Shown here: one piece after another, positions 14,401 to 27,771 of the stretch | How the letters are laid out: every line of letters begins with the position of its first letter | Numbering within the stretch: position 1 is the first letter of the stretch | Origin: Octopus sinensis | Taxonomy: Eukaryota | Direction of reading: 5' to 3' | Assembly: GCF_006345805.1 (NCBI RefSeq) | Contig: NC_042999.1 | Span: forward strand, 154,814,001 to 154,878,000 | DNA: 64,000 nucleotides | Notes under the pieces: model-generated | What the model saw: only the letters and a program-made list of their open reading frames with translations | The model's database searches: none | What the model was told of the DNA's origin: nothing | Position numbers and translations under genes: made by a program

Positions 14401-16081
14401 TGGTGTGAATGGTTACCAACCCAGTCTTCAATGAATGGACCTTCCATTTTTGTGCATTGATGGAAGGGCTGACACCTTGTGCATTGAGTAGGAATGTGGA
14501 GGTTAGTGTAGTGGCTGGTTTTGACTGTTGCAGGGGGCTTGGATTTTTTGTGTGTGTTAGTGGCAGCAATGTGGGGAATTGGTGCACTGGGGTAATAGCA
14601 TAGGATGGTGTTGAGTGATGGCTAGAATGTTTTTGTGTATCTCTTTTGCCATGTTCAACATGGCTAAAAAAGAATTTTCCTGCTTAGGGAGCAGTTTTTG
14701 GCTGGAGGTGTGGTTGCACTGTTGGATAGGGTTGTAGTTTCCACTTTTTTGTTGTTGTTTTGTGTCTTCCTGAAAAGACTGGACCAGCATTACTACTGCA
14801 GCATGGTGTGTTTCTATTTTAATTGTTATTCAGGTTTGTGTGTTGGCTTGAGGCCCCGTTTCTGTTTGTGCGTCGGTCCCTGGAAGATGAGTGAAGGGAC
14901 AGTCACTCAGTAGACATGTTCTCTCACGTTGGGAATACCGGCAGATTTTGGGACTCCGAGTTTGTGTGTTTTTGAATTTCGATTTACTATTTGGTGGTGT
15001 TGATGTTATTGTGGGATGCGTGCTTTGGCCTTGGCCGGTAGTGCGTCTAGTGCCGGTAGATGCGTGAAGATGCAGTCACTATTTGTGCAGAGTCTCTGGC
15101 GCAGTGAATAGCGGCATATTTGGGGATTTCTTGTTTGAGCCGTGGGGGGCGCATTCTGCTTCCTATGTTTCTTTAAGTTTTTGTTACTGCAGTAGTATTG
15201 AGGTGGTGATGTGGGGGAAGAGGGCAGTGGTTTCTTATTTGGTTTTCTGTGGGTATTTTTGGTGATAGAAGACGATGGTGGCAGCGGTGGTGATGATGAT
15301 GATGATAATTGTGGTGGTTGCTGTGAGAGCGGTGAAAAGATACTGGCATTTAGTGAATCGTCTAGTAAGCTAGAGTTGAGGAGTGGCTGTTGTTGTTCTT
15401 GTTGCTGTGGCTGTTGTTGTTGTTGTTGTGCTGACCGATGTCAGGTCAGCCATTGTGCTGGGAACCAGGAGTGGCTCATTCTGTTGTTGTTGTTGTTGTG
15501 GCTGCTGATTTTCTAGCTGTTGTTGTTCTTGAACTGTGAAAATATGTAGAAGCTTTTCATAATGGCCTCTTATCAGTTTGAAGATACTTCGATATGTTTC
15601 AACTTGCTACGAATCTGTTTGACGGATCGTGTGGTGACCACTTGTGATGTTTTTTCGGCAATCTCATTCAAACACAAGACATTTAGATTTTCTGTTTGGG
15701 AAAGAGAGAGCCATGTGTTTATTAAAACATCAATTTCGTTATCAGACCAATTTCGTCTGTTGCAGGCCTGCAAGTTAGTCATGTTTGTTTTTCTTTTGTT
15801 TGTTTTCTTTTGATTTTTGAAAATATATATATTATTCTTTCTTGGGAGTTAAAGAAGTGTATAATATATAAATGTTCTCTCTTAAGGGTGTGAGTTTTTG
15901 ATTATTTGGTTGTTTGAGGATATTAAAAGAAAAACAGGTGTATATAACAATTTGTAGTTAAATGAAACGTACTTACGGGTTTGTAGGCAAACACGTGGTT
16001 ACAAGTTTTGAAGCTGTGGTAAGCTTGTCTACTGACTTGGGAGAGAAACAATAGACGTCCGTCCACTCCAACAGTTAATCC
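11484..16081 (-). mobile_element. Full-length CR1 LINE family C (5'UTR + ORF1 + ORF2, frameshifted), (TATCAAAG)-like tail
   Basis: ORF2 pieces at about 14520-11600: [65 protein letters not shown]; 3' hairpin GGCCA-ATAA-TGGCC-GAAAC at 11523-11505; flanked by (TA)n. Confidence 0.85.
14590..15782 (-). CDS. CR1-C ORF1 (frameshifted): Myb/SANT-like domain, Q/T-rich linker, two CCCH zinc fingers
   Basis: WSDNEIDVLINTW...EIAEK...RSVKQIRSKLK at 15782-15573; C-X8-C-X4-C-X3-H at 15116-15060 and 14943-14887. Confidence 0.65.
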
Positions 16082-16275
16082 ATATATATATATATATATA
16101 TATATTATATAATATTATATTATATATATACATATATTATATATATATATATTATATATATATATATGCTATATATTACATATAATATATATATACATCT
16201 ATATATATATATATATACATATATAATACATATTATATATATTATACATTTAAATATCCATATATATATATATAT

Positions 16276-16308
<33 letters not shown>

Positions 16309-16557
16309 CAATACATATTATATATATATAACATATATATCCATATATTATTACAATTATCTAGATACATATATATATATATATAAACATATATAATATA
16401 TATCCAAGATATATATATATATCTAGATATAGATATATACATAATTATCTATATAACATATATATCATATATATCTCCATATCTATATCTATCTATATAT
16501 ATATATATATACCTATATATGGTCTATATATATACATATATATATACATATATATAT

Positions 16558-16592
<35 letters not shown>

Positions 16593-16714
16593 TAATATAT
16601 ACATATATAATATAATAATACATATATATATATAATATAATATATATATATACATATATATAATATATATAGATACTATATATATATATACCTATATATA
16701 TATATATATATATA

Positions 16715-16749
<35 letters not shown>

Positions 16750-16961
16750 ATATATATATACATCTATATATATATACATATATATATCTATATACATATA
16801 TATATATACAATATATAGATACCTATATATATACATATATATATACATATATATATATAATATATATATATACATATATATATATACATATATACATATA
16901 CATATATATATACATATATATATATACATATATACATATATATATATACATATATATATTA

Positions 16962-17023
<62 letters not shown>

Positions 17024-17024
17024 C

Positions 17025-17055
<31 letters not shown>

Positions 17056-17094
17056 CTACTATATATATATATATATCACATATATCATCTCATT

Positions 17095-17142
<48 letters not shown>

Positions 17143-17244
17143 TATATATATATACATATATTATATCATATATATACATATATATATATCACATAATATA
17201 TATACATATATATATATATATTATATAATATACATATATACATA

Positions 17245-17296
<52 letters not shown>

Positions 17297-17352
17297 ATAT
17301 ACATATATATATTATATATATATATATATATATATGTTATATATGTATATAT
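16082..17352. repeat. Large degenerate (TA)n tract
   Basis: Direct observation. Confidence 0.95.
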
Positions 17353-17354
17353 AT

Positions 17355-17720
17355 AGGCATAGGAGTGGGTGTGGTAAGTAGCTTGCTTACCAACCACATG
17401 GTCCCGGGTTCAGTTTTCAACTATAACCTCAGTCTGACCAAAGCCTTATGAGTGGATTTGGTAGACGGAAACTGAAAGAAGCACGTCGATTATATGTGTG
17501 CGTGCGTGTATGTGTGTGTATGATTGTGTGTCTGTGTTTGTCCTCCACCATCGCTTGACAACCGATGTTGGTGTGTTTACATCCCCGTAACTTAGTGGTT
17601 CGGCAAAAGACACCGATATAATAAGTACTAGGCTTCCAAAGAATAAGTCCTGGGGTCGATTTGTTCGACCTAAGGCGGTGCTCCAGCAAGGCCGCAGTCA
17701 AATGACTGAAACAAAAAGTA
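17355..17720 (+). mobile_element. SINE S1 copy nested in the (TA)n tract
   Basis: Head GGAGTGG..TGTGGTAAG, body and CAGTC-AAAT-GACTG-AAAC tail. Confidence 0.85.
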
Positions 17721-17744
17721 TATATATATATATATACATACACA

Positions 17745-17908
17745 CACGATGGGCTTCTTTCGGTTTCCATCTACCAAATCCACTCACAAGGCTTTGGTCG
17801 GCCCGAGGCTACAGTAAAAGACACTTGCCCAAGGTGTCACGCAGTGGGATTGAACCCAGAACCATGTGGTTGGGGAAGCAACCTTCTTACCACACAGCCA
17901 CATCTGCA
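17745..17908 (-). mobile_element. SINE S1, 5' half (partner of 1102-1332)
   Basis: Reverse complement of the S1 tRNA-like head up to the internal microsatellite. Confidence 0.8.
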
Positions 17909-18047
17909 CTTATTAAAACAGAAAATGGCAGGAATATTGTTTTACACAGCAAATATGTTGAAATGTAGTTTCCTTGAATTTTATTGTTTTTCATTTTCTG
18001 TTTTTCTAAATCGGATAAATATCAAAAAAGTTGACATTTCAGAATAC

Positions 18048-18076
18048 CTGTCTGTGAGTTATGTAAAAACAGAATC
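18048..18076 (-). CDS. Candidate 29-nt exon of gene X ((G)FCFYITHRQ, phase 1/0)
   Basis: Acceptor cattcttgttAG, donor CAG|GTATTC; out-phase fits 999-913. Confidence 0.25.
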
Positions 18077-18694
18077 CTAACAAGAATGCAATGACTCGTT
18101 CAGATAATAATATAAATAATATTTATACGTGGAGGCGCGTGGCTTAGTGGTTAGGGCATTCGGCTCATGATCGTAAGGTTGTGAGTTCGATTCCCGGCGA
18201 CGCGTTGTGTCCTTGAGCAAGACACTTTATTTCACGTTGCTCCAGTCCACTCAGCTGGCAAAAATGAGTTGTACTTGTATTTCAAAGGGTCAGCCTTGTC
18301 ACTCTCTGTGTCACGCTGATTATCCCCGAGAACTACGTTAAGGGTACACGTGTCTGTGGAATGCTCAGCCATTTGCACATTAATTTCACGAGCAAGCTGT
18401 TCCGTTGATCGTATCAGCTGGGACCCTCGTCGTAACCGGCGGAGTCTTTAGGTTGTCAGCATCATGATCATAAGATTGTGGTTTCGATACCTGGACTCTT
18501 GAGCAAAACACTTCATTTCACGTTACTCCTGTCCACTCAGCTGGCAAAAATGAATAACGCTGCGATGGACTGGCGTCCCGTCCAGCTGGGGAACACTTAC
18601 GCCATAGAAGCCGGGAAACTGGGCCCATGAGCCTGGCTAGGCTTTATAAAAAGGGGCGCATTTATTTATTTATGTTAATATTTATATAGTTTCT

Positions 18695-19228
18695 AAGGCG
18701 GTGATCTCGCAGAAACGTTAGCACGCCTTGACGAAATGCTTAGCGGCATTTCGTCTGTCTTTACGTTCTGAGTTCAAATTCCGCCGAGGTCGACTTTGCC
18801 TTTCATCCTTTCGTGGTCAATAAATTAAGTACCAATTGTGTACTGGGGCCGATCTAATCGACCGGCTCCCTCCCAAAAAATTTCGGGCCTTGTGCCTAGA
18901 GTAGAAAAGAATATTTTAAAGGCGGCGAGATGGCAGAAATGTTAGCACTCAGGGCGAAATGCTTAGTGGTATTTCATCTGTCTTTACATTCTGAGTTCAA
19001 ATTCCACTGAGGTCGACTTTGCCTTTCATCCTTTCGGGTTCGATTAAATAAGTACCAGTTACGCACTGGTAATCGACTTACTCCGTTTGTCCGTCCTTGT
19101 TTGTCCCCTCTATGTTTAGCCCCTTGTGGGTAATAAAGAAATAGGTATTTCGTCTGTCGCTACATTCTGAGTTCAAATTCCGCCGAGGTCGACTTTGCCT
19201 TTCATCCTTTCGGGGTCGATAAATTAGC
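18695..19228 (+). mobile_element. Two adjacent SINE S3 copies (tRNA-like head + Meta-domain-like core)
   Basis: Head AAGGCGGCGAGCTGGCAGAA..., core GTCGACTTTGCCTTTCATCCTTTCGGGGTCGATAAATTAAGTACC, which resembles the MetaSINE domain as recalled; other copies at 22020, 24950, 25673, 37240, 39907, 45426 and 48897. Confidence 0.75.
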
Positions 19229-19559
19229 TCCACTAGACACCGACTACAACTGTCAACTAGCATAAGCTACTGGTCTGCTTATAATGGCTGGTTCCTACCA
19301 TTTTTTACCAGAAGGGGGTATACAGTTTCACTATACGACAATAAGTTTAGGGAAGATACATCCTTTCATGTAGTTATCAAGTTGTTATTCTTGAGACAAT
19401 AGAATATAGTGTTTTACAGTCACTTGTAAGCGTGACAAAAGTTTACAGTACCAGGCTTTGCAAAAGTCCTGTTACATTCGGTTTTAGGTCTTTCAAGAGG
19501 TTTACATATGTGATAAAAAAAGTGTTGTAAAACATACTTCAAGTCCCACTTTTCCAGCA

Positions 19560-20510
19560 CTTGTCATTAAAACGTCTTTTCCATTGTGTGCAAGTGTATC
19601 GAGATGAAAGCAAAAAGAATCGAGATCTCTTAACAAGTCTGACATCACCAAGCAGCTCAACGTCAGCCAGAGAACTGTCCAGAGAGTTGCAGAGAGGCTC
19701 AAGAATGGGAAAAACCTCAAAGATTGACCTCAGGTTGTCAACTGTTTGGCTGTAAGAAAGGCCTTGAAAAGTGATCCAAAGCTCAAAATGATTACACTCA
19801 TGAAGAACAACAACTTGGTGGTTACAGTGTCCAGAACCATCAAGGAGGGCAGCAAGAACATAAGGGGTGTGGAAAGGCTTCTGCTCACCGACCATTTGAG
19901 AGAACATCAGGAGTACTGTTGTCACTTTCTCAAAGATTTGAAGTGCCATGGCAACTGATTTACTCATTTTTTCTGATGGAAAAAAACCTTCACGATCGAT
20001 CTGGTCGTCAACAAGCAGAACAACTGCATGGTCAACATCAGCCAGGACGTCTCCAAGGTCTATGTGTCTTTAATCAAGCACCCAGCTTCCATGATGATGC
20101 TCGGCATTGTGGCTTCAAATGACAAAACGATGCCACCACTGTGGTCCATGGCTGGCAACAGGGATATCTTGGCCACAAAAGTTGTGCCCTGCGTGAGAAA
20201 GATCACAAAGAAAGCAGACTATGTCTTTCAGCAGGACAGTGCCCTACCCCATACAGCCAAGGCTATGCAAGAGTGGTTAGGGACAAACATGAACTTTTGG
20301 CCAAAGGACTCTTGACCATGGCAGTCACCCAACCTCAGCCCCCTTGACTACAGCATATGGGTGAATATTGAGGGCAAGAACTGCAAGGTCTGTCACAGCA
20401 ATGTCGATGAGCTGAAGTCCTCTGTAAACCACGTTTGTGCCAGCATGAGGAAGGACTTTGTCCACAACATGTGCACAGCCTTCAGGTCTCACCTGGAGCA
20501 CATGCTGTTG
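19560..20510 (+). pseudogene. Degraded Tc1/mariner (maT/DD37D-like) transposase
   Basis: KHPASMMMLGIVASNDKTMPP, YVFQQDSALPHTAK, FWPKD..QSPNLSPLDYSIW; stops and frameshifts; TIRs not delimited. Confidence 0.75.
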
Positions 20511-21369
20511 TTGTTAAGCAACAAGACGGGTAAGGGTGATTAGGTGATGGACTAGGGCTTAGGGGCGGGAGACCCAGACCTTGGAAAAAAATAAAAATTT
20601 TGGTTGTCTTGTAGTCGAGGGCTCTTTGTTGACACCTGACACCACTGGGTGGTGGCCCTCAAAGTCGCTGGAAATGGAGATCTCCAGGTCCAAGTTCTTG
20701 AACGGCGGAGCACATGCTTGCTGCCAAAAGCAGCCACAATGATTAATATTAATATTTAGACACATGTTTATATGTTAAACCAATAAAAGCATGTCTAACT
20801 GCATCAAAACTATCATTGTCTCCTTTGTTGAGTGAGTTGTAATGAGTGCTAGAGGACTTTTGCAAAGCTCAGTATTTCAGTTTTGCATTGTAAAAAGCAC
20901 TGGTGCTGGTGCCCCATAAAAAGCATCCAGTATAAACTGTAAAGTGGCTGGCATTGGGAAGGGCATTCAGCTATAGAAACCATGCCAAAACATATAAACG
21001 GAGCCTGGTGTGGCTCCTGGCTTTGCCACTTCCTGTCAAACTGTCCAACCCATGCCAGCATGGAAAACAGATGTTAAATGATGATGTTGATGACGAAGAT
21101 GATTCACTTTTCAGGGTATGCAATGAATCAAATATTTATCTTTTTCTTTTATCTTCTACTTGTTTCTGTAATTAAACTGTGGCCATACTGGGGCATCGCT
21201 TTGGAGAATTCTTAGTCAAATGAATTGACCGAAGTACTTATTTTTTTATCAAGCCTGGTACTTATTTTATCAGTGTCTTTTGCTGAACCACTAAGTTACA
21301 GGGCCACTGACACACCAATACTGCTTGTCAAGCAGTGGTGGGAGACAAACAGACACAAAGACTCGCATA

Positions 21370-21620
21370 CATAAACATCATCATCATCATCGTTTAACGT
21401 CCACTTTCCATGCTAGCATGGATTGGACGATTTGACTGAGGATTGGCGAACCAGATGGCTGCAGCAGGCTCCAGTCTGATCTCACAGAGTTTCTACAGCT
21501 GGATGCACTTCCTAACGTCAACCACTCCGAGAGAGTAGTGGGTGCTTTTACGTGTCACTGGCATGAGGGCCAGTCTGGTGGTACTGGCAACAGCCACGCT
21601 CGAAATGATGTTTTTTTGTG
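21370..21620 (-). mobile_element. SINE family S4 with RTE-like (GAT)n tail
   Basis: Shared GCATGGAAA..GACGTTAAACGATGATG 3' end; copies at 20880-21100, 23140-23442, 25010-25450 and 31205-31670. Confidence 0.7.
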
Positions 21621-21621
21621 C

Positions 21622-21652
<31 letters not shown>

Positions 21653-21822
21653 TTTTTACATGTATAAGGAACCCTTTTTTGTCAAAAATTAGGTTAAAAA
21701 AATATGGGAGTTTCTTATACATGGATAGTATTATAGATATCAATAAATTAATTCCTTGAACCTCAAATCTCCAAATTAGGGGGTTCCTTATACACATTAA
21801 AAAATGGTATATATATTATATA

Positions 21823-21871
<49 letters not shown>

Positions 21872-22416
21872 ATGTGCATCTTTCAGTTTCCATCAACTAA
21901 ATCCACTTACAAAGCTTTGGCCAGCCCAAGGCTATGGTAGAAAGACACTTTCCCATGGTGCCATATAGTAGAACTGAGCCTAGAACCACATGATTAGGAA
22001 ACAAGCTGCTTATTTCTTTATTGCCAGCAAGGGGCTAAACAGAGGGGACAGACAAAGGGATTAAGTCGATAACATCGACCCAAGTGCGTAACTGGTACTT
22101 AATTTATTGACCCCGAAAGGATGAAAGGCAAAGTCGACCTCGGCGGAATTTGAGCTCAGAACGTAAAGACATGAAATACTGCTAAGCATTTCGCCCGGCG
22201 TGTTAACGTTTCTGCCAACTTGCCGCCTTGGCACACAACTACAGCTGCACCTATTGTTGTATTTTGGTAGAAGTATGTTGTCAATTAAAAAAACAACATG
22301 CCCTGGTGTTTATCCCATTTGTTGCCATATTTCTGTTGAAGTACACTGCTTTTGTTTAAAACAGTTTTGAGAATAATGAAGAATTTAGCCAAATAATTTT
22401 GTCATAATTAACAGTG

Positions 22417-22535
22417 GCTTACGGCCATATCACGTTGAAAGCACCGGTTCTCGTCTGATCACCGAAGTTAAGCAACATCGAGCCTAGTTAGTACTTAGAT
22501 GGGTGACCGCTTGGGAAACCTAGGTGCTGTAAGCA
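22417..22535 (+). rRNA. 5S rRNA, single dispersed copy
   Basis: 119 nt, GCTTACGGCCATATCACG...GGTGCTGTAAGCA; helix I GCTTACGGC/GCTGTAAGC and CCTAG/CTAGG pair; internal control region recognisable; no T4 terminator downstream. Confidence 0.92.
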
Positions 22536-22550
22536 TTCCCTCTTGTTTAT

Positions 22551-22714
22551 AGGCGCAGGAGTGGCTGTGTGGTAAGTAGCTTGCTAACCAGCTACATGGT
22601 TCTGGGTTCAGTCCCACTGCGTGGCATCTTGGGCAAGTGTCTTCTGCTATAGCCCCAGGCCGACCAATGCCTTGTGAGTGGATTTGGTAAACAGAAACTG
22701 AAAGAAGCCTGTTG

Positions 22715-22745
<31 letters not shown>

Positions 22746-22957
22746 TTGTGTGTCTGTGTTTGTCTCCCTAGCATTGCTTGACAACCGATGCTGGTGTGTT
22801 TACGTCCCCGTCACCTAGCGGTTCGGCAAAAGAGACCGATAGAATAAGTACTGGGCTTACAAAGAATAAGTCCCGGGGTCGATTTGCTCGACTAAAGGCG
22901 GTGCTCCAGCATGGCCGCAGTCAAATGACTGAAACAAATAAAAAAGAGTAAAAGAGT
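22551..22957 (+). mobile_element. SINE S1, complete reference copy (tRNA-like head, internal (TA)/(TG) tract, CR1-like 3' end, (AGTAAAAG)n tail)
   Basis: Further copies at about 21145, 21855, 24135, 26595, 28026, 30440, 33030, 35590, 46172, 47535, 50180, 51205, 54856, 55096, 61615 and 62480. Confidence 0.9.
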
Positions 22958-23479
22958 GTTATCATCATTATTTACATCCGTCTTCCATTCTGGCATGGGT
23001 GGGGAACACAAATTAACATGAAATATAGATAGAAGATTTAGAACAGGAAGTTTGCCCCATTTAAGCAGGAGTTGTGGTCTCCGGAGGGTTGATACCAAAA
23101 ATGTTATAATTCATTGTTTCCAAACAAGAAAGCAAAAATAAATTTTCACCCATCTGGGCTGATGCCAGCGCCAGCGCCGCCTTGACTGGCTCCTGTGCCA
23201 GTGGCACGTAAAAAGCACGAACCAATCATGGTCATTGCCCGCCTCCCCTGGCATCTGTGCCGGTGACACATACAAAATACCCACTACACTCACGGAATGG
23301 TCGGCGTTAAGAAGGGCATCCAGCTGTAGAAACACTGCCAGACCAGACTGGTGCAGCCTCCTGGCTTCCCTGACCCCGGTCAAACCGTCCAACCCATGCT
23401 AGCATGGAAAACGAATGTTAAATGACGATGATGATGATGATGGTTTGTAACTAAAATACCTAACACCTCCATTGATTAT

Positions 23480-23679
23480 ATTCCTAATTTATTAAAATAA
23501 AAGGAAGAGAGGTTTTTCAAGACAGACAATGTACACCAAAATATCGATGATAGATTTATTTAAATGTTAATTTACATAATGTTAATGGTCAAATTGGGCA
23601 GAAGGATGGTTGAGGTTTTTGAACATCTTTTCGGAGAGAAACCATTCTTAGTTTGTCTTCTGTCTGATTCCATCATAGA
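23480..23679 (-). other. Candidate terminal (3'UTR or alternative C-terminal) exon of GTF3C6
   Basis: Acceptor tttgtttaattttcAG at 23680-23681; two minus-strand AATAAA signals (about 23555 and 23490). Confidence 0.4.
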
Positions 23680-24341
23680 CTGAAAATTAAACAAAATAAT
23701 TATTAAACTTTTCCTTAAACTTATACAATTACAATTGCATCATTTAACCATTTTGTTACTGTATTTCTGTAGGTAATGGGGAGTTTAGTATATTAGGTTC
23801 TCATTATCAAAATGGAAATTTTGATGCAGTTCTTTAATTTAGATCACTTTAATCTGTTTCTTACCACATTGATGTTGAAGCATACTGCTTTTTGTTTCAA
23901 TTAATTTTGAAAATAATGAAGAATTTAGTCATCATTAAGCTCACATAAAAAGCATGGGATGAAGTGGTGGGAAAAACAATCTTCAGAAGTTGCACTTCAC
24001 AGAAGCTCAACAGACTGCTCTGTGTATGGACTCTTATGATTAAACACGTTTTAGCTGTGACATCCTTCCAAAATTAGATGTCTTTCTATAAGGCCTCTGT
24101 CACTCTATGGTTGACTATATATCTGCACATCTCTCTTACTTGTTTCAGTCTTTGACTGTGGCCATGCTGGAGCTCCGCCTTTAGTCGAGCAAGTTGACCC
24201 CCCAGGACTTATTCTTTGGATGCCTAGTACTTATTCTATCGGTCTCTTTTGCCGAACCACTAAGTTACAGGGATGTCAACACACCAGCATCGGTTGTCAA
24301 GCGATGTTGGGGGGACAAACACAGACACACAAACATATACG

Positions 24342-24382
<41 letters not shown>

Positions 24383-27300
24383 GTATGACAGGCTTCTTTC
24401 AGTTTCCCTCTACCAAATCCACTCACAAGGCTTTGATTGGCCCGAGGCTATAGTAGAAGACACTTGCCCAAGGTGCCATGCAGTGGGACTGAAACTGGAA
24501 CTATGTGGTTCATAAGCAAGCTACTTACCACATAGCCACTCCTACGCCTGTGTAATTATTCAAGGCTGGGGTAAGATTTTTTGCATCCCTTTTATCCTCA
24601 TTTTTACTTAATGCCCTTTTCATCTCCTTATAGAAAGACATCTAATTTTGGCCTTATAGAAAGACATCTAAGTTTGGAAGGATGTTACAACTAAAATGTG
24701 TTTAATCATAAGAGTCCATATACAAGGCAGTCATTATTAGTAGTAGTAAGGAAACAAGCTGGTAGAATTATTAGCATGCTGGGTAAAATGCTTAGCAGTA
24801 TTTCATCTGTCTGCACATTGTGGGTTCAAATCCTGCCGAGGTTGATCCTTTAAAGGGTCAATAAATTAAGTACCAGTTGAATTCTGGGGTCAATGTAATC
24901 GACTCATCCCCTCCCCACAAAATTCCTGTCCTAGTGCCAATATTATGCAGAAGGGTGGCGAGCTGGCAGAATCATTAGCACGCTGGACGAAATACTTAAC
25001 AGTATTTCACCCAGGACTGGCAAGCCAAGAGATTGAGGACTGGAAAGCCGAGAGACTAAGGACTGGAAAGCCAAGAGACTGTACCAGGCTCTAGTCTGAT
25101 CTAGCAAGGTTTCAACAACTGGATGCCCTTCCTAACGCCAACCACTCCGAGAGTGTAGTGGGTACTTTTTACATGACACTGGCGTGGGAGCCAGTCAGGT
25201 GGCACTGACATCGACCATGCTCAAAGGGTGCTTTTTATGTGCCACTGGCACTGGCATTAACCACAGTTGAATGGTGCTTTTTATGTTAATTTATATTCCA
25301 AACACCAGTTTAATTGTGACAATGTTTATTATCGTCATCGTTTAGCATCTGCTTTCCAAGCTGGCATGAGTTGGACAGTTTCACTGAGAACTGACAAGCC
25401 AGGAGCTTGCACCAAGCTCCAATCTGATTTGGCAAGGTTTCTACAGCTGGCAAAATTAATTGAAACAAAGGTAGTGTATTTGCACAAAAATACGATAACA
25501 AAACAGTTACATATTCCATAATGGTATTCAAAGACAGGTAAAATTTAATTTGAATTCTTAGCAGCTTCTGAAATGAGTTTTTGCACTTGAGCTTTATAAT
25601 CACTGGATGAGGCAGTGTGTAACAAGGGAGATAATCCATGGTACCCGACTTGGTAAGTATTGGTATGAAGCAAGGCAGCGAGCTGGCAGAATCGTTAGCA
25701 CGCTGGGTGAAATGCTTAGTGGTATTTCGTCTGCCGCTACGTTCTGAGTTCAAATTCTGCCGAGGTCGACTTTGCCTTTCATTCTTTCGGGGTCGATAAA
25801 TTAAGTACCAGTTACGCACTAGGGTCGATGTAATCGACTTAATTCGTTTGCCTGTCCTTGTTTGTCCCCTCTGTGTTTAGCCCCTTGTGGGTAGTAAAGA
25901 AAGAGGTATGAAGCATGGACTTTACACAACTGATAACGTCCAAGACAACATGCTATAGATTGGTACTATGGGTCAGTTGGGCAGCCCAGAGCACAAGTGC
26001 TTCAGTCTAGGGTAAAAGGAAAGTAGACTAAAATCCAGCAGCAGAATTGAAAACAGAAATATTTTGACCATGTTATCAAGGTTCAGAGCCTCTGTGCCAA
26101 GGGGCTGGGTGGATGGAAAACAGACTCATAAGCAACAGAGACGATCATGGGGTGATGTTATCAAGGAGTGGACATTAGAATAGGGGACAGCTGCAGCAGA
26201 AGACCACAGTACATGCAAGAAGTGGTGGCTGAGTCTGAGACCCTTCCCACACAATGGAAATGTCCATTCCATCAAATTCCTGTAAATTGCCCAAACACAC
26301 CGATGCACCAGAGGCTGGCCATTCTCTGCAGCAACGCCTTTGCAATCATGTCTGCAAGACGCAGTTAAACATGCCATCTGTTATGGGGTGTACAATCTGT
26401 AACTCCCCCACCACCACCACCATCTTCTGCTTAATCCCACCCCTTTTTCTTTTCTTTTGTTTCCTTGGTGGGGTAATTACAGGTACTTTTTTCCTTGATA
26501 ATTTTATTGTTTACACTTTAATGTTCTTTTTGTTTCTTTTCTTCTTGTGTAAATTGAGCTTAAAATTTATTATAAAAATTTTTTTTTTAATTATGTGGTA
26601 AGTAGCTTGCTTACAAACCACATGTTTCTGGGTTCAGTCCCACTGCATGGCACCTTGGGTAAGTGTCTTCTACTATAGCCCTGGGATGACCAAGGAGTCT
26701 GAATGTGTGTGTGGAAGAGGGCTGGTGACCTTGACATATGCATGTGTGAAAATGTGGGGCAGGGAAGTGGTCAGTGCTGGTGTGTTGTGATGTGATGTGT
26801 GATATGGTGTATGGTGTGATAGTGTGATGGTGTTGGGAGGTGGGGAGGCGAGTGGGGAACGCAAGGGTGGGTGTGGGTTAGGGTGATGGTGGAGGTCGAG
26901 GTGGGATATGTGGGAGTGGGTGTAAGGGATGGGGTGGGGAGGTGGAGTTGGAATGTGTAGGAGTGGGTTGGGGTTACAATGAAGGGGGAAGAAGTTGGGT
27001 AGGAGTGAAGAGAAGAGAGAAGGAAAGGTAGGAGTGAAGTGAAGAAGTAGGAGTTGGAGCAAGAGAAGAGAGGTGGGTGGGAGGAAGGAGGTGTGAGAGG
27101 GAGAGAGGTAGGGGGAGAAAGTTAGATGAAGAGGGGAGGAGAGTTGAGCCCATGTGGCACAAAAGAGCGAAGAGAGAAGATTAATCCCTGTTCATGGCAC
27201 AAATGGGAGTCCAGATGGCCCCTGTGCAAGGACAATCCAAACACAGACAGGTGACACGTGTGTGTGTGTATTTGTCCCCCCAACATCACTTGACAACCGA

Positions 27301-27771
27301 TGCTGGTGCGTTTACATCCCCGCAACTTAGCAGTTCAGCAAAAGAGCCTAATAGAATAAGTACTAGGCTTACAAAGTATAAGTCCTGGGAATCGATTTGC
27401 TTGACTAAAGGCAGTGCTCCAGCAGGGCCGCAGTCAAATGACTGAAACAAGTAAAAGAATAAGTGTTTCTGCTTTAGGTTCAAGGCCAGCAACTCTGATT
27501 GGTGGCGGGGGGGGGGGAGTCAGTCAATAGTATTAACCCCAGTGAATGACTGGTACTTTATAAAGACCCAAAAGAGCTAAAACGCACAGCAGAACTTGAA
27601 CCCATAACATGAGAAAACAGAACAAATAGTACAAGGCTGATGCTTTAACGGGGGAATGTAATTAGCAAATAAAATACTGGTTGATTGGTAGATAAATAAA
27701 ACTGTCATCTTTATTGGTTACCTTGCAAGTAAATGGATACTATGACACTGTTAGGCTTCATTCTGGATGGA

